Source: Saprospira sp. CCB-QB6
Lineage (GTDB): Bacteria; Bacteroidota; Bacteroidia; Chitinophagales; Saprospiraceae
Length of the DNA: 64,000 nucleotides
Assembly (NCBI RefSeq): GCF_028464065.1
Contig: NZ_CP116808.1
Span: 943,886 to 1,007,885 of the forward strand
Reading direction: 5' to 3'
The translations under genes were made by a program, and so were the position numbers. Position 1 is the stretch's first letter; each line of letters opens with the position of its first letter. The notes under the pieces are model-generated. The model did no database searches, was not told the DNA's origin, and saw only the letters and a list, made by a program, of their open reading frames with translations. This document shows, in pieces, positions 36,084 to 45,479 of this stretch.

Positions 36084-36842
36084 ATGAAGAATTATGCCTT
36101 CTATCTTAGCATTCTTTTCCTCTTTTGTTTTTCCTTTTCCTCAAAAGTGCAAGCACAAGAAACAGACGAAGTTAACAACTGGTTTTTCCTTCACACTACC
36201 GCTAAATTTAACGACCACTGGAAAGTAGGCAATGAGTTGCACATTCGCCGCGACGATTGGGTCCAAAACTGGCGCAATTTGCTGGTCCGCCCTTATGTGA
36301 CTTATTCTGTCAATCCACATTTTTCCGCCACAATCGGCTATTCCTATATCGGTTCTTGGGCCCTTCCTGGCAGCGAAAAGGCCCCACATAGCAATGAACA
36401 CAACATCTGGGAACAAGTTAGTTTTCATCACAAGCTCAACAAGGCGATTAAGGTAGCTCACCGCTACCGCTTCGAACATCGTTTTGTCGATCAATGGGAA
36501 CATAACTTGCTGACCGATGAGTGGAATAAAACCGATAATACCTTCCGCAACCGCTTCCGCTACCGCATGACAATTAAGTCTAACTTGGCCAAAACAGGCG
36601 AAAACCAAGCGCTTTTCCTACATGTCTTTGACGAAATCTGGGTCAACCAAGCCGATAATTTCCGCTTTCAAGGCCTCGCCCGCAATTGGCTGTACCTTGG
36701 ACTAGGCTACAAATTCAATCCAGAACTCGCTGTTGAACTGGCCTATATGCACCAACACGATAACAAAACGATTAGCGATTACCTGAATACCCCCATTATG
36801 CAGCTTTCTATCGGCTATAAACTGCCCATAAAGAAGTCTTAA
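36084..36842 (+). CDS. hypothetical outer-membrane beta-barrel protein
   Basis: It has a signal peptide, amphipathic beta-strands and a C-terminal aromatic residue pattern. Confidence 0.4.
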   Translation: MKNYAFYLSILFLFCFSFSSKVQAQETDEVNNWFFLHTTAKFNDHWKVGNELHIRRDDWVQNWRNLLVRPYVTYSVNPHFSATIGYSYIGSWALPGSEKAPHSNEHNIWEQVSFHHKLNKAIKVAHRYRFEHRFVDQWEHNLLTDEWNKTDNTFRNRFRYRMTIKSNLAKTGENQALFLHVFDEIWVNQADNFRFQGLARNWLYLGLGYKFNPELAVELAYMHQHDNKTISDYLNTPIMQLSIGYKLPIKKS

Positions 36843-36899
36843 TGTCTTTCCCAAATAGCTAAACGGCTCTCTTAAATGCTAAGAGGGCCGTTTTTGTTT

Positions 36900-37105
36900 T
36901 GGGGCGTTACTCCCTTCGGTCGTCGAAGACGGACTAAAGTCCTTGTTGTTAGGGCTCCTGCTTTTTTGGGGCCTCCCGCCTTCGGCGGGCGCTACGTTCC
37001 GCAGCTCGCTACTCGCTCGGCCCTGCGGCCTGACGGCCTTGGTCTGCGGCTGCGCCGCACTGCTGCACATCGCTAGGCCTGCGGCCCTTCGGGCCTGCTA
37101 CATGG
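36900..37105. repeat. REP/MITE-like element (forward, type 2)
   Basis: It contains TTTTTTGGGGCCTCCCGCC and ends CTGCTGCACATCGCTAGGCC. Confidence 0.75.
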
Positions 37106-37319
37106 GGCTGTAGGTTAAAACCTACAGCCATACAACAAAAAACATCCTAGATACATAACGTGGAGGGTTAAAACCCTCCACAGCTTTTAACAGCCCTCAT
37201 AGCAACCGCATTTATGATTTAGGCCGCCTAAAAGATGTTTATTTATGGAGGGTTTTAACCCTCCATATTTTTTTTATTAAAATGTATTCGTTAATTGGCT
37301 GTAGGTTTCAACCTACAGC
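37106..37319. repeat. nested small-hairpin element (four ~22-nt GGTT..AACC hairpins; outer pair and inner pair share stems)
   Basis: H1 is 37106-37129 (GGCTGTAGGTTAAAACCTACAGCC). H2 is 37160-37181 (GTGGAGGGTTAAAACCCTCCAC). H3 is 37245-37266 (ATGGAGGGTTTTAACCCTCCAT). H4 is 37297-37319 (GGCTGTAGGTTTCAACCTACAGC). Confidence 0.6.
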
Positions 37320-37465
37320 TTGGCCCTGCGGCCTTTAGGCTGCAGTAGTTTAGACAAAAAATACAACTGTATCCAATATTTCGCTGCTAAGCGAGCTTAG
37401 CTCCTTTGCAGGAAACTCTAAATAAGGCCGAAGAAGGAGACCAAAAGCAACAACTAAAGATGAGC

Positions 37466-37624
37466 GGCCTAGCGATGCGGCGGGGTGGCCGTAAGGCCAG
37501 ACCAAGGCGGCAAAGCCGCCGCAGGGCCGAGCAGACCCGACCAACGGGAGCCGACGCAGCGAAGCAAGTAACAGCGAGCCCCAAAGCGTAGCGCCGACGA
37601 GCGAAGCGAGGCGGAGGCCCCAGA
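37466..37624. repeat. REP/MITE-like element (reverse, type 2)
   Basis: It has GGCCTAGCGATGCGGCGG and ends CGAGGCGGAGGCCCCAG. Confidence 0.75.
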
Positions 37625-37636
37625 ACAACAAACTAT

Positions 37637-38191
37637 TTATCTACGTCGGCTAGGACCTTTAGGAAACATTTCTTCGGCTAGTTGTAGTCCGATTTCTTCT
37701 ACAAAGCAGGCAATTTCTCTTTGGCTGTTGTAAAGTCCCCAGATTGGTTGTTGGCCATCTAGCGGGGCTTGATTCGTTTTTTGGGGCCAGAAAAAGCGGG
37801 CTGTTTTCCCATTAGATAGTTGTAATTCTATTTCGTATTGTTTGGACAGGCTTCCCCAATTCCATTTTTCGTTTTGGGCAATCAATTGGCCCTCCATCAG
37901 TTCGCCATCGACCAAGCAGCTGCTGCGGCGATGTAGAATCTGGTTGCCCTTGAAGAGAAAATAGAAGGCGGCCAGCTCAAAAAGCAAGAGTAAAGCCGTC
38001 ATCAGGGCAAAAGAAGGCAGGGCTTCGAAGGCAAAAAGCAGCACAAAAAGCAAGAGCGGAAAAACCAAAAAAATGGTCCCCAGTAGATAATAGCCTTTGA
38101 GTCCATGGCTAAGCGGCAACTGTTTTTTGATGCGATTTAGGTTGCGGCCTTTTTGTGGATCTAGGGCAAGGGTGGGAAAAGACTGACTCAT
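37637..38191 (-). CDS. hypothetical membrane protein
   Basis: 184 aa with two TM helices. I recognise no family. Confidence 0.35.
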   Translation of the reverse strand: MSQSFPTLALDPQKGRNLNRIKKQLPLSHGLKGYYLLGTIFLVFPLLLFVLLFAFEALPSFALMTALLLLFELAAFYFLFKGNQILHRRSSCLVDGELMEGQLIAQNEKWNWGSLSKQYEIELQLSNGKTARFFWPQKTNQAPLDGQQPIWGLYNSQREIACFVEEIGLQLAEEMFPKGPSRRR

Positions 38192-38195
38192 AGCA

Positions 38196-39179
38196 TTAGA
38201 AATTGGGCAGCAGCTCCATTTTTTTAGTCAAACGGCCCACCAAGCCTTTAGAGCCGATATAGATGGGCGTGCGTTGGTGTAGTTCTTTGGTTTCCAATTC
38301 CAAGATGCGTTCTTGGCCATTGGTTGCGGCTCCGCCAGCTTGTTCAATGACAAAAGCCATGGGATTGCATTCATAAAGCAGGCGCAATTTGCCAGAGGTA
38401 GAGCTTGGGCTGCTGGGATACATGAAAATCCCGCCTTTGATAAGGGTGCGGTGGACATCGGCCACCATAGAGCCCGTATAGCGGAAGCGCATATCTTCCT
38501 CTACGCAAGTATCAATAAAGCGGCGCACGCCTTCGGGGAAGGTTTTGTAGCGGCTTTGATTGACCGAATAATTTTTGCTTTCGGGAATCTTGATATCGGG
38601 ATGAGAGAGGCAAAACTCTCCGATAGAAGGATCGAGGGTAAAGCCGTTGACGCCTTGGCCCGTAGTATAAACGAGCATGGTAGAAGAGCCATAAAGGACA
38701 TAACCTGCGGCCACTTGTTCGGCTCCATCTTGCAAGAAATCTTCTAGGGTACAGGGGCCATCAATAGAATTGCGGCGATAGATGGCGAAAATGGTCCCAA
38801 TAGAAACATTTACATCAATATTAGAAGAGCCATCGAGGGGATCAAAAGCCACCACATATTTAGCCGATTTACAATTATCGAAAGCGACAAAGCTCTCTTG
38901 CTCTTCAGAGGCGATGCCACAGCATTCGCCACTATTTTGTAGACATGCTTGAAGAATTTCATCGGCCAAAACATCTAGTTTTTGGACCGTTTCCCCAGAG
39001 GCGTTTTCCACTCCCGCCAAGCCAATAATATCGGCTAGGCCTGCTTTATTGACCTCTCGGCTAATAATTTTGCAGGCTAGGCAGAGGTCGCGTAAAAGTC
39101 CCGACAGTTCGCCAGTGGCATAAGGTAGATCTTGTTGCTTGCGGATAATAAACTCGTCTACAGTGATGAGCTGTTTCAT
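38196..39179 (-). CDS. fbp: fructose-1,6-bisphosphatase class 1
   Basis: The N-terminus [32 protein letters not shown] and the 327-aa length are typical of FBPase I. Confidence 0.85.
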   Translation of the reverse strand: MKQLITVDEFIIRKQQDLPYATGELSGLLRDLCLACKIISREVNKAGLADIIGLAGVENASGETVQKLDVLADEILQACLQNSGECCGIASEEQESFVAFDNCKSAKYVVAFDPLDGSSNIDVNVSIGTIFAIYRRNSIDGPCTLEDFLQDGAEQVAAGYVLYGSSTMLVYTTGQGVNGFTLDPSIGEFCLSHPDIKIPESKNYSVNQSRYKTFPEGVRRFIDTCVEEDMRFRYTGSMVADVHRTLIKGGIFMYPSSPSSTSGKLRLLYECNPMAFVIEQAGGAATNGQERILELETKELHQRTPIYIGSKGLVGRLTKKMELLPNF

Positions 39180-39272
39180 AAAGTGAAATTGGATAGACTA
39201 AAAAATTAGGGATACGCCCGCAAATATAAGATGATTTTTAGGAATGCTTGAGGCCCTAAGGAATTTTATCGA

Positions 39273-39848
39273 CTAGTCTGCAGATTCTCCCCAGCGATAG
39301 CTATCATTTAACTGGAAACCGGCCAAATCTAGGGCGCGATCAACTACCGTGGCAGCTAGTTCTTCGAAGGTTTTGGGCTTAGAGTAAAAAGAAGGGACCG
39401 CAGGGCAAATGATGGCTCCCGCCTCCGTTAATCGCTGCATATTTTGCAGATGAATGAGGCTAAGTGGGGTTTCTCGACTGACCAAAATCAGTTTGCGGCG
39501 CTCTTTGAGGATGACATCGGCAGCTCGGCTGCTCAGATCGTCGGAAATGCCCGCGGCAACTCGGCCCAAAAAGCCCATGGAGCAGGGACAAACAATCATG
39601 CTGTTATATTGGGCCGAGCCCGAAGCAAAAGGCGCCATAAAATCCCTTTTGTCGTAAAAATCAAAGGGGTAATTTTTATAGTCTTGGTGCTCTAGCTCCA
39701 ATTCCCAATTGAATTTGGCATTATCGCTCATGACGACCCCCACTTTTTCCCATTGGGCTTGCAAAAGCAGCAGGCGATCAAATAATACTTTGGCGTAGAT
39801 AGAGCCACTGGCCCCCGCAATGGCAATGACGAGTTTATGTTTTTGCAT
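39273..39848 (-). CDS. ubiX: flavin prenyltransferase UbiX
   Basis: LVIAIAGASGSIYA and MIVCPCSMGFLGRVAAGISDDL match the UbiX/Pad1 family. I moved the start to the ATG at 39848. Confidence 0.8.
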   Translation of the reverse strand: MQKHKLVIAIAGASGSIYAKVLFDRLLLLQAQWEKVGVVMSDNAKFNWELELEHQDYKNYPFDFYDKRDFMAPFASGSAQYNSMIVCPCSMGFLGRVAAGISDDLSSRAADVILKERRKLILVSRETPLSLIHLQNMQRLTEAGAIICPAVPSFYSKPKTFEELAATVVDRALDLAGFQLNDSYRWGESAD

Positions 39849-39931
39849 AGCTTTTTTTGAGGAAAACAAGTTTTTGGGGCGGGGGTTGAGTAAGGGAATA
39901 AAAAAAGCCGCCAATTGGCGGCTTGGGGAGT

Positions 39932-40849
39932 CTAAAACTCAATATAATTCTGTGCATCGATCGGTTGCCCATTATACCAGAGCTCAAAGTGCAGATGCGG
40001 CCCAGAGCTCATCTCTCCAGAGTTGCCAATAATGGCCACGGCTTCTCCCGCCTTTACCCGATCTCCCGTCTTTTTGAGGCGGGCCGAATTGTGTTTGTAC
40101 CAAGAAATCAGGTTGTTGCTATGTTGCACCCCAATCATATGGCCCGTATCGGCGGACCAGCTCGACATGATGACGGTCCCATCTCTTACGGCTTGAACCA
40201 CCGAGCCTTTGGGCGCCACCAAATCGGTCCCATAATGGGCGCGAGATGGGGCAAAACTATCTGAAACGACGCCCTTGACGGGAGGCACAAAGCTCTGCCG
40301 ATCGAGTCGATCCTCATCTTCCAAAAAGATGCTTTGGATCAAAGAGCCCAATTCTCGCTCCATTTGCGCACTTTCTACCACCGATTTGGTGGCCTCAGAT
40401 TGATCGGGCACGCCCTGGGCCGCTGCTTTCTGGCCCGTTTCGGTGCTTCCGCCCGATTTAGGCTTTTCGACATCTTTTTCGTACTCAAATTCCGCATTGG
40501 CCAGCTGCTTAATGCTTTCGGTCTGCGCCTGATTGTTTTCCATGTCCATTTTTAGGCTGTCCATTTGCAACAACAACTGCTTGAGCTCCTTCCGAACTCC
40601 AGAGTCGGCTATGCTATTATTGCCCGAAGACATCAAGTAATTGAGTGGAGAAAAACGAATCACTAAAACGGTCAGGAGAATAATTCCCAGCGTAATACTG
40701 CTTGAAAACAGAGCCACATTGAGGGGCGACAACCGCCAACTTTTCTCCTCAACATAAGTCTGTTCATTGACGACCACCAGTTTGTGGTGCGCAGAAATCC
40801 AAGGAATTAAAGGCTTTTTCTTCTTTTTATGATTAGGCTTAGCGCTCAT
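39932..40849 (-). CDS. M23 family peptidase (LytM domain) with N-terminal TM and coiled coil
   Basis: HYGTDLVAPKGSVVQAVRDGTV, GHMIGVQH and GPHLHFEL give the HxxxD / HxH M23 signature. Confidence 0.75.
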   Translation of the reverse strand: MSAKPNHKKKKKPLIPWISAHHKLVVVNEQTYVEEKSWRLSPLNVALFSSSITLGIILLTVLVIRFSPLNYLMSSGNNSIADSGVRKELKQLLLQMDSLKMDMENNQAQTESIKQLANAEFEYEKDVEKPKSGGSTETGQKAAAQGVPDQSEATKSVVESAQMERELGSLIQSIFLEDEDRLDRQSFVPPVKGVVSDSFAPSRAHYGTDLVAPKGSVVQAVRDGTVIMSSWSADTGHMIGVQHSNNLISWYKHNSARLKKTGDRVKAGEAVAIIGNSGEMSSGPHLHFELWYNGQPIDAQNYIEF

Positions 40850-40984
40850 AAAGCTCTTGATCTAGATTTTGGGATGCTTGGGCTCTGCTTCAAGGAAAGG
40901 GCCCAGAAATGGCGAAAATACGAACAAAGCCCTTATTTTTGTAGGCCTTAGGTCTTTTTTCGGCCAAGCGATCAAATTCTTCTG

Positions 40985-41200
40985 TTTTTGGGGCCTCCTG
41001 CCTACGGCAGGCGCTACGCTTTGGGGCTCGCAGGTCTGCTCGGCCCTGCGGCGGCTTTGCCGCCTGGGTCTGGCGCTTTGCGCCACCCCGCCGCATCGCT
41101 AGGCCGCTCAAAAACTCCCTTTGGTCCTTGAAAGGCGCCCTGCGGGCGCCCAAAAGCTCGCTTTGCTCGCCCTGCGGCCTGCTTTTTTGCCCTAGAACCA
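40985..41200. repeat. REP/MITE-like element (forward, type 2, extended)
   Basis: It starts TTTTGGGGCCTCCTGCC and contains CGCCGCATCGCTAGGCC. Confidence 0.7.
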
Positions 41201-41274
41201 ACAGAAAAAGCCTTTTTTTACGTTTCTAAATTAGCGCCTTTTGCTTAGGCCAAAAAATAAGGCCAAGCGGTCCT

Positions 41275-41396
41275 TGGCCTAGCGATGTGTAGCAGTGCGG
41301 CGCAGCCGCAGACCTAGGCGGTTTGGCCGCAGGGCCGAGCGAATAGCGAGCTGCCGGACGTAGCGCAGCAAGCGCAGCGCAGCTGAGGCCCCAAAA
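41275..41396. repeat. REP/MITE-like element (reverse, type 2)
   Basis: It has GGCCTAGCGATGTGTAGCAG and ends GAGGCCCCAAAAAT. Confidence 0.75.
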
Positions 41397-41437
41397 ATAA
41401 ATCATTGTACTGACAGCAATTCACTAGCAAATACCTT

Positions 41438-44215
41438 ATGCGATCATTAAAATTTATTTGGCTGAGCATCAGCCTACTGTTTCTTTTTGCCGCTTGCAAA
41501 ACCAAAGATGGAGCAACTACGGGCTTGGGCAAGGCCTACCACAATGTGACGGGCCGCTACAATGGCTATTATAATGCGGGCCTATTGGTTGATGAAAGTT
41601 TTAAGAGCTTAAATCAAGCGCATCGAGACAACTACAATCAGTTGTTGGCGCTTTATCCTTATGCCGCTGCAGAATCGGGCCAGGCGGTTGCCCCCGCCTT
41701 AGATAATGCCATTAAGAAATGTGCGGTGAATATTGAGCTGCATCGTCCCAGCCATTGGGTAGATGATAGTTATTTTTTGATCGGGCAATCGGAATTTCTC
41801 AAGCAGGAATATGAAAAATCGGCAGAGACCTTTAAGTATATTGTCGATAAATATAATCCAGATAAGGCCATTTCGGCCATGACCCCCGATGAGCGCAAGG
41901 CCTTCCAGAAAAAGGAAAGGGCCCAAAAGAAGAAAAAGAAAAAGCGGAAGAAAAAACGCCGCAAGAAGCGTAGAAAGAAGCGCTCTAAGAAGAAAAAGAG
42001 CACAAAAAAGACCGAAGAAAAAAAGGTAGAAGAGGAAGATATTAGTGAGCTAGACCCTCCCTCCTATTTTCTTAAGCACCCGCCTGTGCGCTATGAGGCT
42101 ATGCTTTGGTTGGCCAAAAGTTATGTAGAATTGGGTCGTCATGACGAGGCCGGGACCTACCTTCGCTTGTTATTGGAAGATGGTCGTGTGCGTCGCAAAA
42201 TCAAGGCGGAAGCTTATGCCGTTTTGGCGCATAGTTGGCTCATTCGGAAAGAGTATGAAAAGGCAATTCCAGAACTAGAACAAGCCATTGAATTGACCAG
42301 AGGCAAGCGCAAAAAAAATCGCTATGTCTATGTTTTGGCGCAGCTTTATGAGCAACAGGGGCAAAACAAACTGGCCATGGATACCTATAAACGAGTGCTT
42401 CGGTTGCGTCCCAAATATGAAATGGAATTTAATGCTCGCCTTAAAAGAGCCACAAATGCGGCCTCAGTAGAAGATCGCAAGTTTAATCCAGAATATGCCC
42501 TCAAGCGCATGCTGAGAGAGGGCAAAAATGCGGAATATAAGGACCAAATTTACTTTGCTTTGGCTCAGGTTCAGTTTAGAGCGGGTAGTGAGGAAAATGG
42601 TATTTTGGCCCTCCAACAAGCCATGGCCAATAGTCCAGAAGGGAGCTTTCAAAGAGCGGAGGCGGCCTATATGTTGGCAGAATTATACTATAAGCGCAAG
42701 GATTATATTCCCGCCTATAATTACTATGATACCACTAGCCGCAGCATGCAAAAAGAGGATGAGCGTTTGGCTGGAGTACAAGCAAGAACTCAACAGCTTA
42801 AAGATTTGGCGGCCAATATGCAGATCTATGAGCTAAAAGATAGCCTAATTATGGTGAGTAATTGGCCTTATGAAAAACAGCGCGAATGGGTACAGCAAGA
42901 GCGTAAAGAAGAGCTAGAGGCCGCCAATGCTAGCAATGATCGTAAGCCTGCTGCAGCGGCTGCTGTGATTAACACCAACAAATTGGTTAAGTCAAATTTT
43001 GCCCTCTATAATGCAAGTCAACTCAAGCGAGGCGAGCGCGACTTTAAAAAGCGTTGGGGCGATCGTCCTTGGGCCGACAACTGGCGCCGTAGCAATGGCG
43101 ATGGATTTGATACAGAAGGGCCTGATTTGGCCAGTACAGAACTCCCTCCTGTAACCGAGCAAGATGTGAGCGACTTTCTTAAAAAATCAGGCGTCCCCGC
43201 AGATGAGGCCAGCAAAAAGGCTACAGAAAAAGAATTGCGGGATGCACTCTTTATGGTGGCCACACTCTATTATGAGCGTTTGGGAGAAAATGAGCGTTCC
43301 TTGCAGAAGTTTAAAGAACTGCAAGAGCGTTTTCCAGGCCATCCCAGAGAGCTCGAAGCCTTATTTAGTATGTATAATATTGCACAGACTACAGGACAAA
43401 ATGCTTTAGCTGCGGAATGCAAACGCCGTATTTTGGACCAATATGCCGATTCGGATATTGCCAAATCTTTGCAAGATCCCAACTTCCTCAATGCCAAAGA
43501 AAAAGAACTCAAGGCGATCAATGCGGATTATGAACGCATTTATGCGATGATTCAAGCGGGCAAATCGGAAGAAGCTTATGGCGATTTGGAAAAGGTGGCA
43601 AAAAAGTATGGGGCGAATAATCCTCTTAAAGCTCGCTTTGCCCTCTTAGGCGCTATTTGTCAGGGAGGGATGCAGGGCAAAAAAGCCTATGTACAAGCAT
43701 TACGAGCAGTGGTCACTAGCTTCCCCAATACCGATGAAGAGAAGAAGGCCAAAGAAATGATTGCCATTCTCACGGGAGAAGAAGTTAAAGGCGGAAGCGG
43801 CAAAACCCCAATTGCTGCGGGAGAAACGGATGAAGAACTCAACAACATCTTTGAGAATGATTTGGGCCAGGGGCACTACATTCTTGTTAGTTTTCCCGAT
43901 CCCTCTGCTAAAGTGAATAGCTTTAAGGGCGCAATTAGCAACTATAATAAGAAATATTATAGCCTGCTTCGCTTGAATGTATCGAGCTTAATGCTCGATG
44001 GTAAGTTTCCTACCTTAATCGTCCGTAAGTTCAAAACGGGTAAAGAAGCTCAAGAATACTATAAGCTGGTTGAAGGCAATAAGGAGTTTTTGGGGGAAGA
44101 TGCCCCTAGCCATCAGGTCTATTTCATTGGTCAAAATAACTATCGGACCATTTTGCAAAAGCGCAACTTTGAAGATTATAAGCGCTTTTTTGCACAGACC
44201 TATCAGAACAACTAA
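41438..44215 (+). CDS. TPR-repeat lipoprotein (SprE-like gliding-motility protein candidate) with ~40-aa poly-Lys/Arg tract
   Basis: It has a lipoprotein signal (LFLFAAC) and multiple TPR-like repeats. The KKKKKRKKKRRKKRRKKRSKKKKSTKK run is encoded at about 41925-42010. Confidence 0.55.
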   Translation: MRSLKFIWLSISLLFLFAACKTKDGATTGLGKAYHNVTGRYNGYYNAGLLVDESFKSLNQAHRDNYNQLLALYPYAAAESGQAVAPALDNAIKKCAVNIELHRPSHWVDDSYFLIGQSEFLKQEYEKSAETFKYIVDKYNPDKAISAMTPDERKAFQKKERAQKKKKKKRKKKRRKKRRKKRSKKKKSTKKTEEKKVEEEDISELDPPSYFLKHPPVRYEAMLWLAKSYVELGRHDEAGTYLRLLLEDGRVRRKIKAEAYAVLAHSWLIRKEYEKAIPELEQAIELTRGKRKKNRYVYVLAQLYEQQGQNKLAMDTYKRVLRLRPKYEMEFNARLKRATNAASVEDRKFNPEYALKRMLREGKNAEYKDQIYFALAQVQFRAGSEENGILALQQAMANSPEGSFQRAEAAYMLAELYYKRKDYIPAYNYYDTTSRSMQKEDERLAGVQARTQQLKDLAANMQIYELKDSLIMVSNWPYEKQREWVQQERKEELEAANASNDRKPAAAAAVINTNKLVKSNFALYNASQLKRGERDFKKRWGDRPWADNWRRSNGDGFDTEGPDLASTELPPVTEQDVSDFLKKSGVPADEASKKATEKELRDALFMVATLYYERLGENERSLQKFKELQERFPGHPRELEALFSMYNIAQTTGQNALAAECKRRILDQYADSDIAKSLQDPNFLNAKEKELKAINADYERIYAMIQAGKSEEAYGDLEKVAKKYGANNPLKARFALLGAICQGGMQGKKAYVQALRAVVTSFPNTDEEKKAKEMIAILTGEEVKGGSGKTPIAAGETDEELNNIFENDLGQGHYILVSFPDPSAKVNSFKGAISNYNKKYYSLLRLNVSSLMLDGKFPTLIVRKFKTGKEAQEYYKLVEGNKEFLGEDAPSHQVYFIGQNNYRTILQKRNFEDYKRFFAQTYQNN

Positions 44216-44235
44216 GCTGATGAGTCAATAAAAAC

Positions 44236-44273
44236 GAAAGCCCCAGCCAAAATTGGCTGGGGCTTTTCTTTTT
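44236..44273. terminator. bidirectional rho-independent terminator
   Basis: GCCCCAGCC-AAAATT-GGCTGGGGC is followed by TTTT, between convergent genes. Confidence 0.75.
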
Positions 44274-44291
44274 CGGCTAAGCTTTGATTTC

Positions 44292-45392
44292 TTATCCCGT
44301 TACTTTAAAGGTAAATTCTACATGATCTACGGGTTCGTTCATCTGGCCCTTTTTAATGATTCGGCGAACACCAGAACCCGCTACAGGAACCAACTCTGCC
44401 ACTTTATTGGCAAAAACAGAGCGATTACCATTGGGAACCACATCTAGCGCTTGATTACTAAGGTGTTTACTTGATACTCGACCTCTATTTTGATCTCTTT
44501 TCTGCCACCAATCAGCAAAGGCCTGAATATTTCCGCTATACTTACGACAAGCATCCAATACATCTTGGCCATACCACTTGCGCACAGTCTCTGCACCACG
44601 ACCAGGTAGCGTTTGCGTCATAGTAATCCGAGCCTGATCATGATAGGTTCTAATCGTTGAAGTCACTGTAGCTCCAGTCATTCCACAAGCGGCCAAAATA
44701 CTTTTGAGTAGTTTTTCTGCTCTGCTGTTCATTTTCACGGCCTTAGCCCCATAGCTCAAGCTCACATTTCCTGCATTGGGATGGCTAAAATCTTTACCCG
44801 AAACGCCACCTTCTTCGCTAGTATCGCTAGCACTATCACTAGCTTCCGAGCTGCTACTATCATCTGAACTAGCGGAAGCTGCTCCATTTAGCGCTTGCCA
44901 ACTTTGTCCACCTGGATCAATACGCCCGTCAGCCCAACCAAAGGCCGCTTGCTGAAAAGCCTTAATTTCGCCAATAGTACCAGGTCCAATCAAACCATCA
45001 ACAGTCAAATTATGGCCCTTTGCCTTGAGTAATTCCTGAACCAGCTGCACATCGGCCTTATCATTGGTTCCACCACGGCCCACAGAAGCCTTAATTGTTT
45101 TTTGGCTGCTTTCTAGCTCTGCAGGAGGAGCACCCGCTTCCTCATCTTCTCCGGCTTCGGCCTGAGCCGAATCAATTTTATCTTCTAAAAGATCGCCCAA
45201 GCTATGAATCAAGCCCTCAATTTTATCCAATTGCGCCTGTTCTTCTTGGTCAATTTTGCCATCAGCTAAAAATAACTCCTTCAATTTGGTCAACTGACCA
45301 TTATATTGCCCAATAAGGCCTTGTATCTTACCTAAATCTGCCATATAGCTGCTCTTTAATGTTTTTATTATACTTTCTCCTGAAAGATACAA
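44292..45392 (-). CDS. hypothetical protein with peptidoglycan-binding (PG_binding_1-like) domain
   Basis: GHNLTVDGLIGPGTIGEIKAFQQAAFGWADGRIDPGGQSWQAL matches the PG-binding domain. It also has an N-terminal coiled coil and a Ser/Asp-rich linker. Confidence 0.5.
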   Translation of the reverse strand: MYLSGESIIKTLKSSYMADLGKIQGLIGQYNGQLTKLKELFLADGKIDQEEQAQLDKIEGLIHSLGDLLEDKIDSAQAEAGEDEEAGAPPAELESSQKTIKASVGRGGTNDKADVQLVQELLKAKGHNLTVDGLIGPGTIGEIKAFQQAAFGWADGRIDPGGQSWQALNGAASASSDDSSSSEASDSASDTSEEGGVSGKDFSHPNAGNVSLSYGAKAVKMNSRAEKLLKSILAACGMTGATVTSTIRTYHDQARITMTQTLPGRGAETVRKWYGQDVLDACRKYSGNIQAFADWWQKRDQNRGRVSSKHLSNQALDVVPNGNRSVFANKVAELVPVAGSGVRRIIKKGQMNEPVDHVEFTFKVTG

Positions 45393-45479
45393 AAGCCCTG
45401 CGAAAAAACCAGTTAGACGCTTAACTTTTCAGCTATATTATTTTAGATAATTATTCTTTCCAGCTCTTCTTTCTGCTAC

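Noticed and set aside
41770-42003. 77-aa Phe/Arg-rich ORF on the minus strand
   Set aside because: It is antisense to the poly-Lys/Arg tract of the TPR lipoprotein gene, a low-complexity artefact.
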